From Patescibacteria group bacterium (GTDB lineage: Bacteria; Patescibacteriota; UBA1384; XYA2-FULL-43-10; 1-14-0-10-43-13), in NCBI GenBank assembly GCA_041674765.1, contig JBAYVE010000002.1:113467-177466 (forward strand): a stretch of DNA of 64,000 bases, read 5' to 3'. Below are positions 38,672-47,600 of the stretch, piece by piece; the stretch's first letter is position 1; every line of letters starts with the position of its first letter. A program made the translations under genes and the position numbers. The notes under the pieces are model-generated. The model was not told where the DNA came from and ran no database searches. It worked only from the letters and a program-made list of their open reading frames with translations.

Positions 38672-39883
38672 ATGCGTTTTCTTAAATGCAAAAACGGTAA
38701 AATAAGTAAGTTCCTGTTCGCCGGAGCTGCTCTTTTACTGACTGTGTCTCAGTTTCTTACTCCCGGTGTCGCTTTGGCTGATGGCCCGAGATTCAATGAT
38801 GTACAGGGAGATTATCAGCTAATTCGTGGCACAAACAAGACCAGGAACGATTCTACTTGGCAAAATCCGGTTTCCGGAAATGCCGGAGATGAATTTTCCG
38901 CGATTGTTTACTATCACAACGGGGTACTAAACACGACCGCGAACGATGTCCGGATCAAGGTCAATTTGCCAAGTCAGACGACCAACAAATCGGCACTTAT
39001 TACGGCATCTATCTCTGCAGACAATGCACCTACAGTCACTGATACTATTGTAGGTGGCCAGATTGTTGGCAGCCACGGTTTAAGGGTAAATTTGGACCAG
39101 GATGCAGATATTACTTTTGTCCCAGGATCGACGAAATGGTTTTCTGATGTGACTTATGCAGATAAACCGGCTGGCCCTTTGCTTTTTGGGCAGGATGGTA
39201 GCGAATTATTTTCTACCGGTGGCCTGAAAATCGGCAATATCGCTGGGTGCTGGGAACATATCGGTTATGTTTCCTTCCGTTTCAAGACTAGTGCCAAGAC
39301 GGTAACCGCACCAAAGTTCACAATTGATAAGTTTGTCAGAAATGTGACTGTAAATGAAGCTAACTTCATCAAATACAATGATGCGAAGCCAACAGATATT
39401 TTGGAATATAAGATTGCATTTGCCAACACTGGTAACGCTTCAGCCAGCAATGTTTATTTAACCGATGTTATTCCCACAAACACTGCTTATGTCGCTGGAA
39501 GTACAAGGCTCTTTCTTGGTAATACCGCCACAAGCTTGCCTGATAAGATAACCGGAAATGATGGTCTGAATATCGGCACACTTGAAGCTGGCCAATCTGG
39601 TTATCTTCTTTTCAGAGTCAAAATTGCAAGCGGAGTCGCTAATGGCGAAATTCTCGTTAATACAGCAACATTGATTTTCAACAAAGAGAAAATCAGCGCA
39701 ACTGCACGGACAAAAGTGGTCGTTACACCAGTAACGCCCGGCCAACCAGACACAGGACCGGGTCTGCCCGAGACAGGAGCAGGTACCATACTGCTCTCGA
39801 CTCTAGCGGCGGCAGGAGCGATCATTTTCCTGAAATACAACCAAATCCGAACAAAAATGAAAATGCTTTCAAAGACTCTATAA
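38672..39883 (+). CDS. LPXTG-anchored cell-surface protein with DUF11-type repeats
   Basis: There is a signal peptide and a DUF11-like repeat (NVYLTDVIPTNTAYVAGSTRL). The C-terminus is LPETGAG followed by a hydrophobic helix and a KYNQIRTKMK tail, which is a sortase sorting signal. Confidence 0.75.
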   Translation: MRFLKCKNGKISKFLFAGAALLLTVSQFLTPGVALADGPRFNDVQGDYQLIRGTNKTRNDSTWQNPVSGNAGDEFSAIVYYHNGVLNTTANDVRIKVNLPSQTTNKSALITASISADNAPTVTDTIVGGQIVGSHGLRVNLDQDADITFVPGSTKWFSDVTYADKPAGPLLFGQDGSELFSTGGLKIGNIAGCWEHIGYVSFRFKTSAKTVTAPKFTIDKFVRNVTVNEANFIKYNDAKPTDILEYKIAFANTGNASASNVYLTDVIPTNTAYVAGSTRLFLGNTATSLPDKITGNDGLNIGTLEAGQSGYLLFRVKIASGVANGEILVNTATLIFNKEKISATARTKVVVTPVTPGQPDTGPGLPETGAGTILLSTLAAAGAIIFLKYNQIRTKMKMLSKTL

Positions 39884-39891
39884 CAAATAAA

Positions 39892-39920
39892 ATCATCCCG
39901 CCGGCGGCGGGATGATTTTA
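39892..39920 (+). terminator. Rho-independent terminator
   Basis: ATCATCCCGCCGGCGGCGGGATGATTTTA is a perfect 12-bp palindromic stem with a T-tract. Confidence 0.75.
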
Positions 39921-39949
39921 TTAAAGCTCTGTGATAAACTATTTGGTAT

Positions 39950-40975
39950 ATGGATCTAAGAGAACGACTCTCACAACTCAAAGCGATTCTTCAAATCGAT
40001 GCAAAGAAGACTGAAATTCATAAACTCCAGGCGGAAATGAATCAGCCCGGATTTTGGCTCGATGACAAAACCGCCGGTCAAGTCAGCCAGAGACTAAAAA
40101 ATCTACTGCAGGAAGTGGAGCCTTTTGATGACTTATATGATTTAGCTCAAATTTCCTCTCTTCAGGAACTTGAAGTCTTAAGGCCTGAAATCGAAAAATT
40201 GGAGATCCTAGCTCTGCTCTCGGAAAAATATGACCAAAACAATGCCATAATCAATTTCTATGCCGGCGCGGGTGGGGTAGATGCGCAGGACTGGACCGAA
40301 ATGCTCCTTCGGATGTATCTTAGGTTTGCGGAAGAGAATGGTTTCAAAAGTAACATCATCGATGAAACCAAGGGGACGGAGGCCGGTATAAAGAGTGCGA
40401 CTGTTGAAATTACCGGACCTTATGCCTACGGTAAATTGAGAGGGGAATCTGGCGTTCATCGGCTGGTCCGCCAATCACCATTTAACGCAAAATCCTTGCG
40501 TCAGACTTCATTTGCGCTAGTCCAAATTTTCCCCGAAGTAGAATCTTCAGCAGAAGTTAATATTGATCAGAAGGATCTTCGAATTGATGTGTATCGTGCA
40601 GGCGGACATGGCGGGCAGTCTGTCAATACGACCGATTCAGCTGTTAGAATTACTCATATTCCGACTGGGATTGTTGCTACCTGTCAAAACGAAAGAAGTC
40701 AGTTGCAGAATAAAGAGATGGCCATGAAGATACTACGTTCCAGATTGGCTAAATTGATGCTAGAGCAACACAAAGAGAGAATAGAGGAGTTAAAAGGGGA
40801 TTACTCCGCCCCTGAATGGGGAAACCAAATTAGATCTTATGTCTTGCATCCATATAAAATGGTTAAGGACCATCGCACCGGGTATGAATCAAAGAATCCA
40901 GATGCAGTTCTAAATGGAGAAATAAGCGGGTTTATTGAAGCAGAGCTTAAACAAGCAGTAAGTAGTAAGCAGTAA
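39950..40975 (+). CDS. prfB: peptide chain release factor 2 (uninterrupted ORF, no programmed frameshift)
   Basis: Carries the SPF (QSPFNAK) and GGQ (GGHGGQSVN) motifs. The 3' end (SSKQ*) is encoded by an AGTAAGC heptamer array at 40955-40980. Confidence 0.85.
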   Translation: MDLRERLSQLKAILQIDAKKTEIHKLQAEMNQPGFWLDDKTAGQVSQRLKNLLQEVEPFDDLYDLAQISSLQELEVLRPEIEKLEILALLSEKYDQNNAIINFYAGAGGVDAQDWTEMLLRMYLRFAEENGFKSNIIDETKGTEAGIKSATVEITGPYAYGKLRGESGVHRLVRQSPFNAKSLRQTSFALVQIFPEVESSAEVNIDQKDLRIDVYRAGGHGGQSVNTTDSAVRITHIPTGIVATCQNERSQLQNKEMAMKILRSRLAKLMLEQHKERIEELKGDYSAPEWGNQIRSYVLHPYKMVKDHRTGYESKNPDAVLNGEISGFIEAELKQAVSSKQ

Positions 40976-41039
40976 GCAGTATCGGCCAGAGGCCGACCGG
41001 CCTTTAATCATAGCAATAAGTAATTGCATCGGAGGGGAT

Positions 41040-41795
41040 ATGAATTTACCAAAAATGAACGTTAATTTCGAAACAGAAAAGATCAAAGATTACTTTCTGC
41101 AGATCAATTGGCATTCGGGCTATTTTCAACTCATGTTACTTATCATAATCGTATTTCTGCTCTCATATATTATCGATTTTCTTTTGTCGAGATCAATCTT
41201 TGGTAAGCGTTACCGAATATTTGTGGCTCCGGGCATTATTCTGCATGAGCTCTCGCATGCTTTGTTCTGCCTTGTCACTGGTGCCAAGATTACCAAGGTC
41301 TCTTTATTCGAAGCGGAAGGCGGTAGCGTCGAACACTCTGCTCCGAAGTTGCCAATTCTAGGACAGATGATGATTTCTCTGGCTCCTTTTATCACTGGTA
41401 TTGTTGCTATTTACTTTCTCGCACATTTTATCGGCATCAAACCGATAGAGTTTAGCCCGACAGACCTGTCGTATGAAAAGATCATACATTATTTTGTTGC
41501 CTCTTTTTCGGCCATCAATGTGTCCAGTTATCGTAACTGGATTATCTTATATTTTATTATCTCAATAATTGTTACTATGACCCCTAGCATTCAAGATTTC
41601 AAAAATTTATTAATGTCTACCTTGGTGTTCACGTTATTGATAATACTAGCTGCTCAGCTTAGGCTTTTGAACTTTATCGCCAATTTACAATATGCGCCGG
41701 CTATATCGATAATGTCTTCAGTTGTTTCCTTGTTGCTTTTGGCCTGCCTTTTCAGTATTATCATATTTGGCATAACGAAGTTTATAAAAAGATAA
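41040..41795 (+). CDS. polytopic membrane protein with HExxH motif (putative intramembrane zinc metalloprotease)
   Basis: GGAGGGG RBS. HELSH lies within a TM helix. There are six or more TM segments. Confidence 0.5.
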   Translation: MNLPKMNVNFETEKIKDYFLQINWHSGYFQLMLLIIIVFLLSYIIDFLLSRSIFGKRYRIFVAPGIILHELSHALFCLVTGAKITKVSLFEAEGGSVEHSAPKLPILGQMMISLAPFITGIVAIYFLAHFIGIKPIEFSPTDLSYEKIIHYFVASFSAINVSSYRNWIILYFIISIIVTMTPSIQDFKNLLMSTLVFTLLIILAAQLRLLNFIANLQYAPAISIMSSVVSLLLLACLFSIIIFGITKFIKR

Positions 41796-41858
41796 TTTGA
41801 GCTTAAAAGACAAAGATTTTTTTCATTATTTAGTATTTAATAAGAATCAGGGAGCAAT

Positions 41859-42164
41859 ATGGTTGATTTGGGAAAGATGAAGGATCTCTACGCATTACAG
41901 AAAAAGGCTAGACAGATCCAAAAAGAATTAAAAAACGTCGAAGTTGAAGCATCTAGTAACGATGGCTGGGTTACTGTAGTTTTCAATGGAGAACAGCATC
42001 TTACTGAAATTAATTTGGCAGAAGAAGCGCTCCGACCTGAAAACAAGAGAGAACTCGAAAAAGATCTGAAAAATTCAATCTCCCAGGCTATTTCAAGGGC
42101 TCAAGCAGTCGCAGCTGAAAAGATGAAAGATATTGCAGGGGGAATGGGAATACCGGGACTTTAA
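41859..42164 (+). CDS. ybaB: nucleoid-associated protein YbaB/EbfC
   Basis: 101 aa with the typical YbaB pattern (DLGKMKDLYALQKKARQIQKEL…GGMGIPGL). The last codons lie inside the 69-bp repeat. Confidence 0.85.
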   Translation: MVDLGKMKDLYALQKKARQIQKELKNVEVEASSNDGWVTVVFNGEQHLTEINLAEEALRPENKRELEKDLKNSISQAISRAQAVAAEKMKDIAGGMGIPGL

Positions 42165-42316
42165 GACCCAGCTACCCTAAAGTCCCCATACGAATTACGA
42201 ATGTACGAATCTTACGAATGCTGAAGGAAACTATTTGTTGGATTTAGTACCGGGACTTTAAGACCCAGCTACCCTAAAGTCCCCATACGAATTACGAATG
42301 TACGAATCTTACGAAT
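42151..42316. repeat. two identical 69-bp direct repeats (42151-42219 and 42248-42316), each a 9-bp-stem hairpin plus (TACGAAT)x4
   Basis: taccGGGACTTTAagacccagctacccTAAAGTCCCcatacgaattacgaatgtacgaatcttacgaat is present twice, separated by 28 bp. Confidence 0.8.
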
Positions 42317-42332
42317 ATAATTTTCCTAAAAT

Positions 42333-42430
42333 GTCATCCTCGGGCAGGCAACGCCATGACCCGGGGATCCAATTCCTTATACTGGATTCCAGCCCGCCAG
42401 CTGGCGGATCAAGCTCCAGTCTGGAATGAC
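42333..42430. repeat. GTCATCC-type palindromic repeat element (copy 1)
   Basis: gtcatcctcgggcaggcaacgccatgacccggggatccaattcc…cgccagctggcg…tggaatgac. The termini gtcatcc and ggaatgac are inverted repeats. There is an internal 12-bp perfect palindrome. Confidence 0.6.
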
Positions 42431-42474
42431 AAATGTAATAATTTGAAATTAGTTTAATTTGGAATTGTAAAATT

Positions 42475-43104
42475 ATGCTGCTGATCGTCGGTCTTGGTAA
42501 TCCAGGGAAAGAATATGAAGGCACCCGTCATAATGCCGGTTTTATGTTTGTCGAAAAAATGGCTGGCCAGCCAGAAATTGCTCCAGTTGAAGGTCCTCTC
42601 AATTTTAGACTAGAAAAAAAGTTTAGCGGATTGATTGCGGAGACAGAGGCCAAGGGCGAAAAAATAATCTTACTAAAGCCTCTGACCTTTATGAATCTAT
42701 CGGGGCAAGCTGTTCAAAAAGTAATGGATTATTATAAAATTTTACCTAAAGATTTGATTGTTGTGTCTGATGATGTTGATATACCGCTTGGAACAGCCAG
42801 AATTCGCCACGAGGGCTCGAGTGGGGGACAGAAAGGATTGCAGAATATTATTGACAGTGTTGGAACTGATCAATTCACAAGAATCCGGATTGGGATCAAT
42901 GCAATCGGCGGTGATGCTGACCAAACTTTTGAAATCACAAATAGGCCCGACACTACGCAATTTGTATTAAGTCAATTCAACAAGAGGGAAGCGGATATAA
43001 TCGATAATACAATGCAGGAAGCAGTTCGCTATCTCATTCAATATATCGGCGAAAAAGGCGAAATGCCGGCACATACGATTGAGGTGAAAATAGATTCATT
43101 GTAG
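42475..43104 (+). CDS. pth: peptidyl-tRNA hydrolase
   Basis: MLLIVGLGNPGKEYEGTRHNAGFMFV is a canonical Pth N-terminus. Confidence 0.9.
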   Translation: MLLIVGLGNPGKEYEGTRHNAGFMFVEKMAGQPEIAPVEGPLNFRLEKKFSGLIAETEAKGEKIILLKPLTFMNLSGQAVQKVMDYYKILPKDLIVVSDDVDIPLGTARIRHEGSSGGQKGLQNIIDSVGTDQFTRIRIGINAIGGDADQTFEITNRPDTTQFVLSQFNKREADIIDNTMQEAVRYLIQYIGEKGEMPAHTIEVKIDSL

Positions 43105-43110
43105 CGCTTG

Positions 43111-43524
43111 CCCTATGGACTATCATTTTTAGGATGAAAAAGGGCTATTCTAAATAGTGTCATCCTCGGGACCAATGGTGTTCTTGGAAATGGTGTCCGG
43201 GGATCCAATACCATATTATTGTTCGAACAAAGTGAGAAGTGATTCTTAGAACGTCATCCTGAACCGACGCAGTCGTCCCGAGCAGAGTCGAGGGATCTGT
43301 ATCTTGTTTCAGGATCTAATTCTTTTATTTGAGGACAAAGGGGCTCTTTCCGACCTGCCCGCAGATGCTAAAGCATCAGCTTTTGCAGGCGGGGGTCGCC
43401 CCTCTATCCTCAAACTCCAACTCCCTACACGGTATAGAGGAATTCTTTTTCTTCATAAAAAATCACTGGCTACGCCGTGGTCCTATGGGCTATCATTTTT
43501 TATGACGCAAAAGGACTATTGTAG
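43111..43524. repeat. ~45-bp direct repeats (43111-43157 and 43482-43524) bracketing two GTCATCC-type elements (43159-43212 and 43253-43316)
   Basis: ccctatggactatcatttttaggatgaaaaagggctattctaaatag is matched by cctatgggctatcattttttatgacgcaaaaggactattgtag. Between them lie gtgtcatcctcggga…tccggggatccaata and gtcatcctgaaccgacgcagtcgtcccgagcag. Confidence 0.5.
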
Positions 43525-43616
43525 TTGCTACAAATCAATTTTTCTGTTATATTTTATCAAATATTAATAATGTGGGAGCTTATAAAATAGGCGTTTGCAC
43601 CACAAAGGAGAACATT

Positions 43617-44423
43617 ATGTCCAAGAAAGACGAACTAGAGACAGCGGGAACAGAGGAAGTTTCCGAGAAAGAGCTGCTGAAGGAAGCAGAAGAGAGAGAA
43701 AAGCTTCGAAAAGAAAAAGAGGAAGCAGAAAAAGAAGCTCAAAAGGAAGAAGAAGCTGAGCAGAAAAAAGAGGAGAAAGCAGAGAAGGAAGCAAAGCGCC
43801 AGCAAACACAACGCCGAAAGCCACGACACGGTAAAAAATACAGAGCTTTGGCTGAAAAAGTCGAGAAAGACAAAGAGTACTCAATCGATGAATCAATTGA
43901 GCTCGCGATTAATACAAATCCATCAAAATTCGATGCGACTGTTGAAATGCACGTGAAAATAAATCCAAAGGAAAAGAGCGTTATTCGCGGAATGGTGAAG
44001 TTGCCTGGAGGCGTCACCAAGGAAAAGAAAGTTTTGGAAGTTACTATCGAAAATGTCGACGAAGTTGTTGCTAGCATTAAGGCTGGAAAAATTGATTTTG
44101 ATATTATGATCGCTGATATTAAGGTTATGCCAAAATTGGCTCAGCTTGCAAAGGTCTTAGGACCAAAGGGATTGATGCCTTCGCCAAAAGCGGGAACAGT
44201 GGTTCCGGACGTGAAAAAAGCAGCAGAGGAAATGGCCGGTGGAAAAGTTGAATATCGCGCTGACAAACAAAATATCGTGCATATGGCGATCGGAAAAATC
44301 TCGTTCGGACCAGAAAAGATAAAGCAAAATTTTGAAGCAATCTTAAGTCATCTGCCGAAAAAAATTGATTCTATCTATCTTACGACAACAATGGGTCCAA
44401 GCATCAGAGTCGCCAAGAAATAA
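43617..44423 (+). CDS. rplA: 50S ribosomal protein L1 with ~75-aa Lys/Glu-rich N-terminal extension
   Basis: AAGGAG RBS precedes the ATG at 43617. The L1 core runs from KYRALAEKV… to GPSIRVAKK. The track ORF starts at 43572. Confidence 0.9.
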   Translation: MSKKDELETAGTEEVSEKELLKEAEEREKLRKEKEEAEKEAQKEEEAEQKKEEKAEKEAKRQQTQRRKPRHGKKYRALAEKVEKDKEYSIDESIELAINTNPSKFDATVEMHVKINPKEKSVIRGMVKLPGGVTKEKKVLEVTIENVDEVVASIKAGKIDFDIMIADIKVMPKLAQLAKVLGPKGLMPSPKAGTVVPDVKKAAEEMAGGKVEYRADKQNIVHMAIGKISFGPEKIKQNFEAILSHLPKKIDSIYLTTTMGPSIRVAKK

Positions 44424-44566
44424 CATGACATAGATAGCAAATAAATTGATAGAGGATTGAGATAAAGTATAGAATAGGGCTGCCAAAAGGCGGCTCTATT
44501 TTATACTTTACGAACTTTACAGACTTTAAGAACTTTATAAACTTTACGAACTTCTTAAACTGTCTG

Positions 44567-44596
44567 TTGCACTATTTTTCACTTATTTGTTATAAT
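44567..44596 (+). promoter_or_regulatory. sigma70-like promoter of the giant gene (TTGCAC-N18-TATAAT)
   Basis: ttgcac at 44567-44572 and tataat at 44591-44596, 25 nt upstream of a GAGGGG RBS. Confidence 0.5.
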
Positions 44597-44621
44597 GTAG
44601 ACAAGTTAATTCGCGAGGGGA

Positions 44622-47600
44622 ATGAACCCGGACCAGTTTAAAAATCTTGATCGATTAGATCAGGAACTTGCACGAATTCAAAGAAGTACGAAGACATCGT
44701 GGCGGTTTTTTGCTGCACCACATGACTGGCTCCGAATGAAATTTCGCTGGTACTATAAGTGGCACCTAAACCCTTGGGCTCAAATGGTGCACAAATTCAG
44801 TTTTGGTCTTGTTACTGCAGGGATTTTGCTTATTGTGCTGACTCAATTCGGTCTGTTTGACTTTAATCAATCCACAAAAGCAGCAGCTGTTTCTGTTGAT
44901 ACCTCTACGACTGGGGAAGCGACCAATAATAGCTCTCAAAGAAAAACCTTTACCGATACTGTTAATAATACTCAATGGGCTTTTTATAATAATGGAGAAG
45001 CGATAGAATATTCGTACTCTTCTGATGGAAGTTCGTGGGTAAGCGCTGGAACATTGGCGCATAATACTCAATATTTTAGTACTAATTACAAAGCCATATC
45101 CGGCGCTGGTTACGTTCTCTTGGCTACGGAATGCAATACTTATGATGTTTGTATTTACCAAGGTTCATTGACTGGAACTAGCATTTCCTTTGGCAGTGCG
45201 GCAACTGTTTTTGACGGCGTATCTTTATCAAATAATTATTCTAGACCCACAGTTACTTATGATGGCGACAACTATATTTGGGTTGGAGCGGTAAAGGATT
45301 TCGGTAATTCTTCTCCCGATCACCTTCAAGCTCAGACTAAAAAATCATCTTCTGCTAACAATATCTCCGGCTGGGGATCAGTTCTGACAGCAGGTAATAA
45401 GATGAAAATACTCACCAATGTAATTATCCTCAATCAGTCCGGTTCAAGTATGTATCTTGTTGCCTCAAATGGTTCTAGTGTTACCGGATTTAAATATACA
45501 ACCGAAGTTCCGGTGTGGACGAGTGCCAATGATGGTGGGGAGGCTGCCTGGTTTGAGTTTGGGGATGGGGGATTCAGTGCGGCGGTTAATGCGGTAGCTA
45601 TATCCGGAACTGATGTTTATGTCGGTGGCAGTTTTATCAAAATTGATTCGTTGACAACGAACTTCATTGCTAAATGGAATGGCTCTTCGTGGTCTACTCT
45701 CGGAAGTGGTGTCGGCGGCCCAGTTTATGCCCTAGAGGTTGTTGGGACGGATCTTTATGTCGGCGGAAGTTTCAATAGCGCCGGAGCGGTTGCTGTCAAC
45801 AATCTTGCCAAATTTAATACACTTACTTCTGAATGGTCAAGTGTTGGTGGCGGCGTAGTTGGTGTGGAAGAAAATAGTGCCATTGTATATTCTTTAATCG
45901 AATCAAATTCCAGCCTCTATATCGGAGGAAGCTTTGTTTTAGCAGGTGAAACGAGCGCAAAATCAATTGCTAAATGGGATATTGCGGCTGAGTCATGGAG
46001 CGCTCTAGGGAATGGCCTTATTGATATGAATGATAGCACCGCAATTGTACGCAGTATTGCGATTGATGGTTCAAGTGTTTATGCAGGTGGGATGTTCGTT
46101 CAGGCTGGCGAGGTAGCCGCCAATGTAGTGGCGGTCTGGGATGGTAATTCATGGTCCAGTATGGGGTCTCCTCAAATGGATATGGCGATGACGGTCGCAA
46201 TTTATAATTCGGAAGTGTATATCGGTGGTCTGGGCTGGAGTGAGGGCAATGCAGCAAAATGGAATGGTTCTGCGTGGGAATATATTAATTTTACGAGCGA
46301 AGTCAGAACCCTTGTAGTCAATGATGGCAAATTGTATGCGGGTGGAGGTTTTCAGGCTCTTGGCGAGGATTCTTTTAAGTTTATCGCTGTTTATAATGGA
46401 GTTTCTTGGAGTGGGCTCGAGCAAGATCTAAACAATACTGTGTCTCAGCTAACTTTTTCAGGTAACGATTTATATACCGTGGGATCCTATACGGCTGCAG
46501 GCACTGTTGCAGCGAAGTATTTTGCAAAATATAGTGATGGACAATGGCAGGCCCAAGGGAGTGTTGGGGGGATAGACGGTGATGTAAATACAATCGCAGT
46601 TGATGACAGTAACAATATTTATATTGGGGGCACTTTCAGAACAGCTGGCGGTATTTCTGCTAACAGAATTGCGAAATATGACGGAGATACCTGGAGCGCT
46701 CTTGGGACAGGGACTTCTGGCGAAGTTAAGGTAATAAAAGTGGTTGATGATATTGTTTACGTAGGCGGATCCTTTGCAAGTGCGGGAGGGGAAGCTACCT
46801 CAAACATCGCGTCATGGAATCCTGCAACTAGTACATGGAGTGCTTTGGGCAGCGGCACCGATAGCACGGTTTATACACTTGCTGATTTTGGGAGTTCTCT
46901 ATACGCAGGAGGTAATTTCTCTACGGCTGGAGGAGGAGCTGCTAGCAAAGTGGCAACATGGAATATGACTGCAGGAACTTGGAGTGCTCTTGGTAGTGGC
47001 GTTAACGACTTAGTTCTTTCAGTCGCCACCGATCCAGAAGGGAATTTATATGTTGGCGGAAGCTTTACTTCGCCTGGCTCGAAAATTGCTAAGTGGAATG
47101 GCTTGGAGTGGTCGGCATTAGGAACTGGCGTCAATAATTTGGTTCGATCATTGATATTTGTTGATAGTAAACTATATGTGAGTGGACATTTTACAACGGC
47201 TGGCGGCGTATCGTCAAACTTGGTGGCAATGTGGGATGGGGAAAACTGGAATAGTATGGGTCTGGCTGGGAGCGTTGTATACACGATCGCTGCTGACGCT
47301 TCAAATAATATTTATGCTAGTGTTCCGACTAATGGAAACCGCAGTGCTCAAGTAAAATGGAATGGCGAAGTTTGGGATAACTATAGTAACGGTTTTGCTG
47401 GTTCTGGAGTTTATTCGTCTTTATTTATTGGCGATAGATTGTACATCGGCGGTTCAACAACAGTTTTTTCTTCTTATGGAATGAGCGGAACTTCCCTCGG
47501 CTACCTTGAGAATGCTATCGCAAGGAGTACAGATTCAGGGTCAGAAGTGTCTGCAGTAACCGACTCTCTCGGTAATATTCATCTGGCATATTCTGCTTGG

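Noticed and set aside
39950-40020. Programmed +1 frameshift site in prfB
   Set aside because: The ORF is continuous from the annotated Met through the SPF and GGQ motifs. No CTT-TGA-C-type shifty site with an upstream SD is seen.
43304-43567. 87-aa plus-strand ORF between pth and rplA
   Set aside because: It lies over the repeat-element cluster and the rplA promoter region. It has no RBS. The real rplA start, with AAGGAG, is at 43617.
43615-44340. Several minus-strand ORFs (64-112 aa) rich in Leu/Phe/Ser
   Set aside because: They are antisense translations of the Lys/Glu-rich low-complexity rplA N-terminal extension, so they are spurious.
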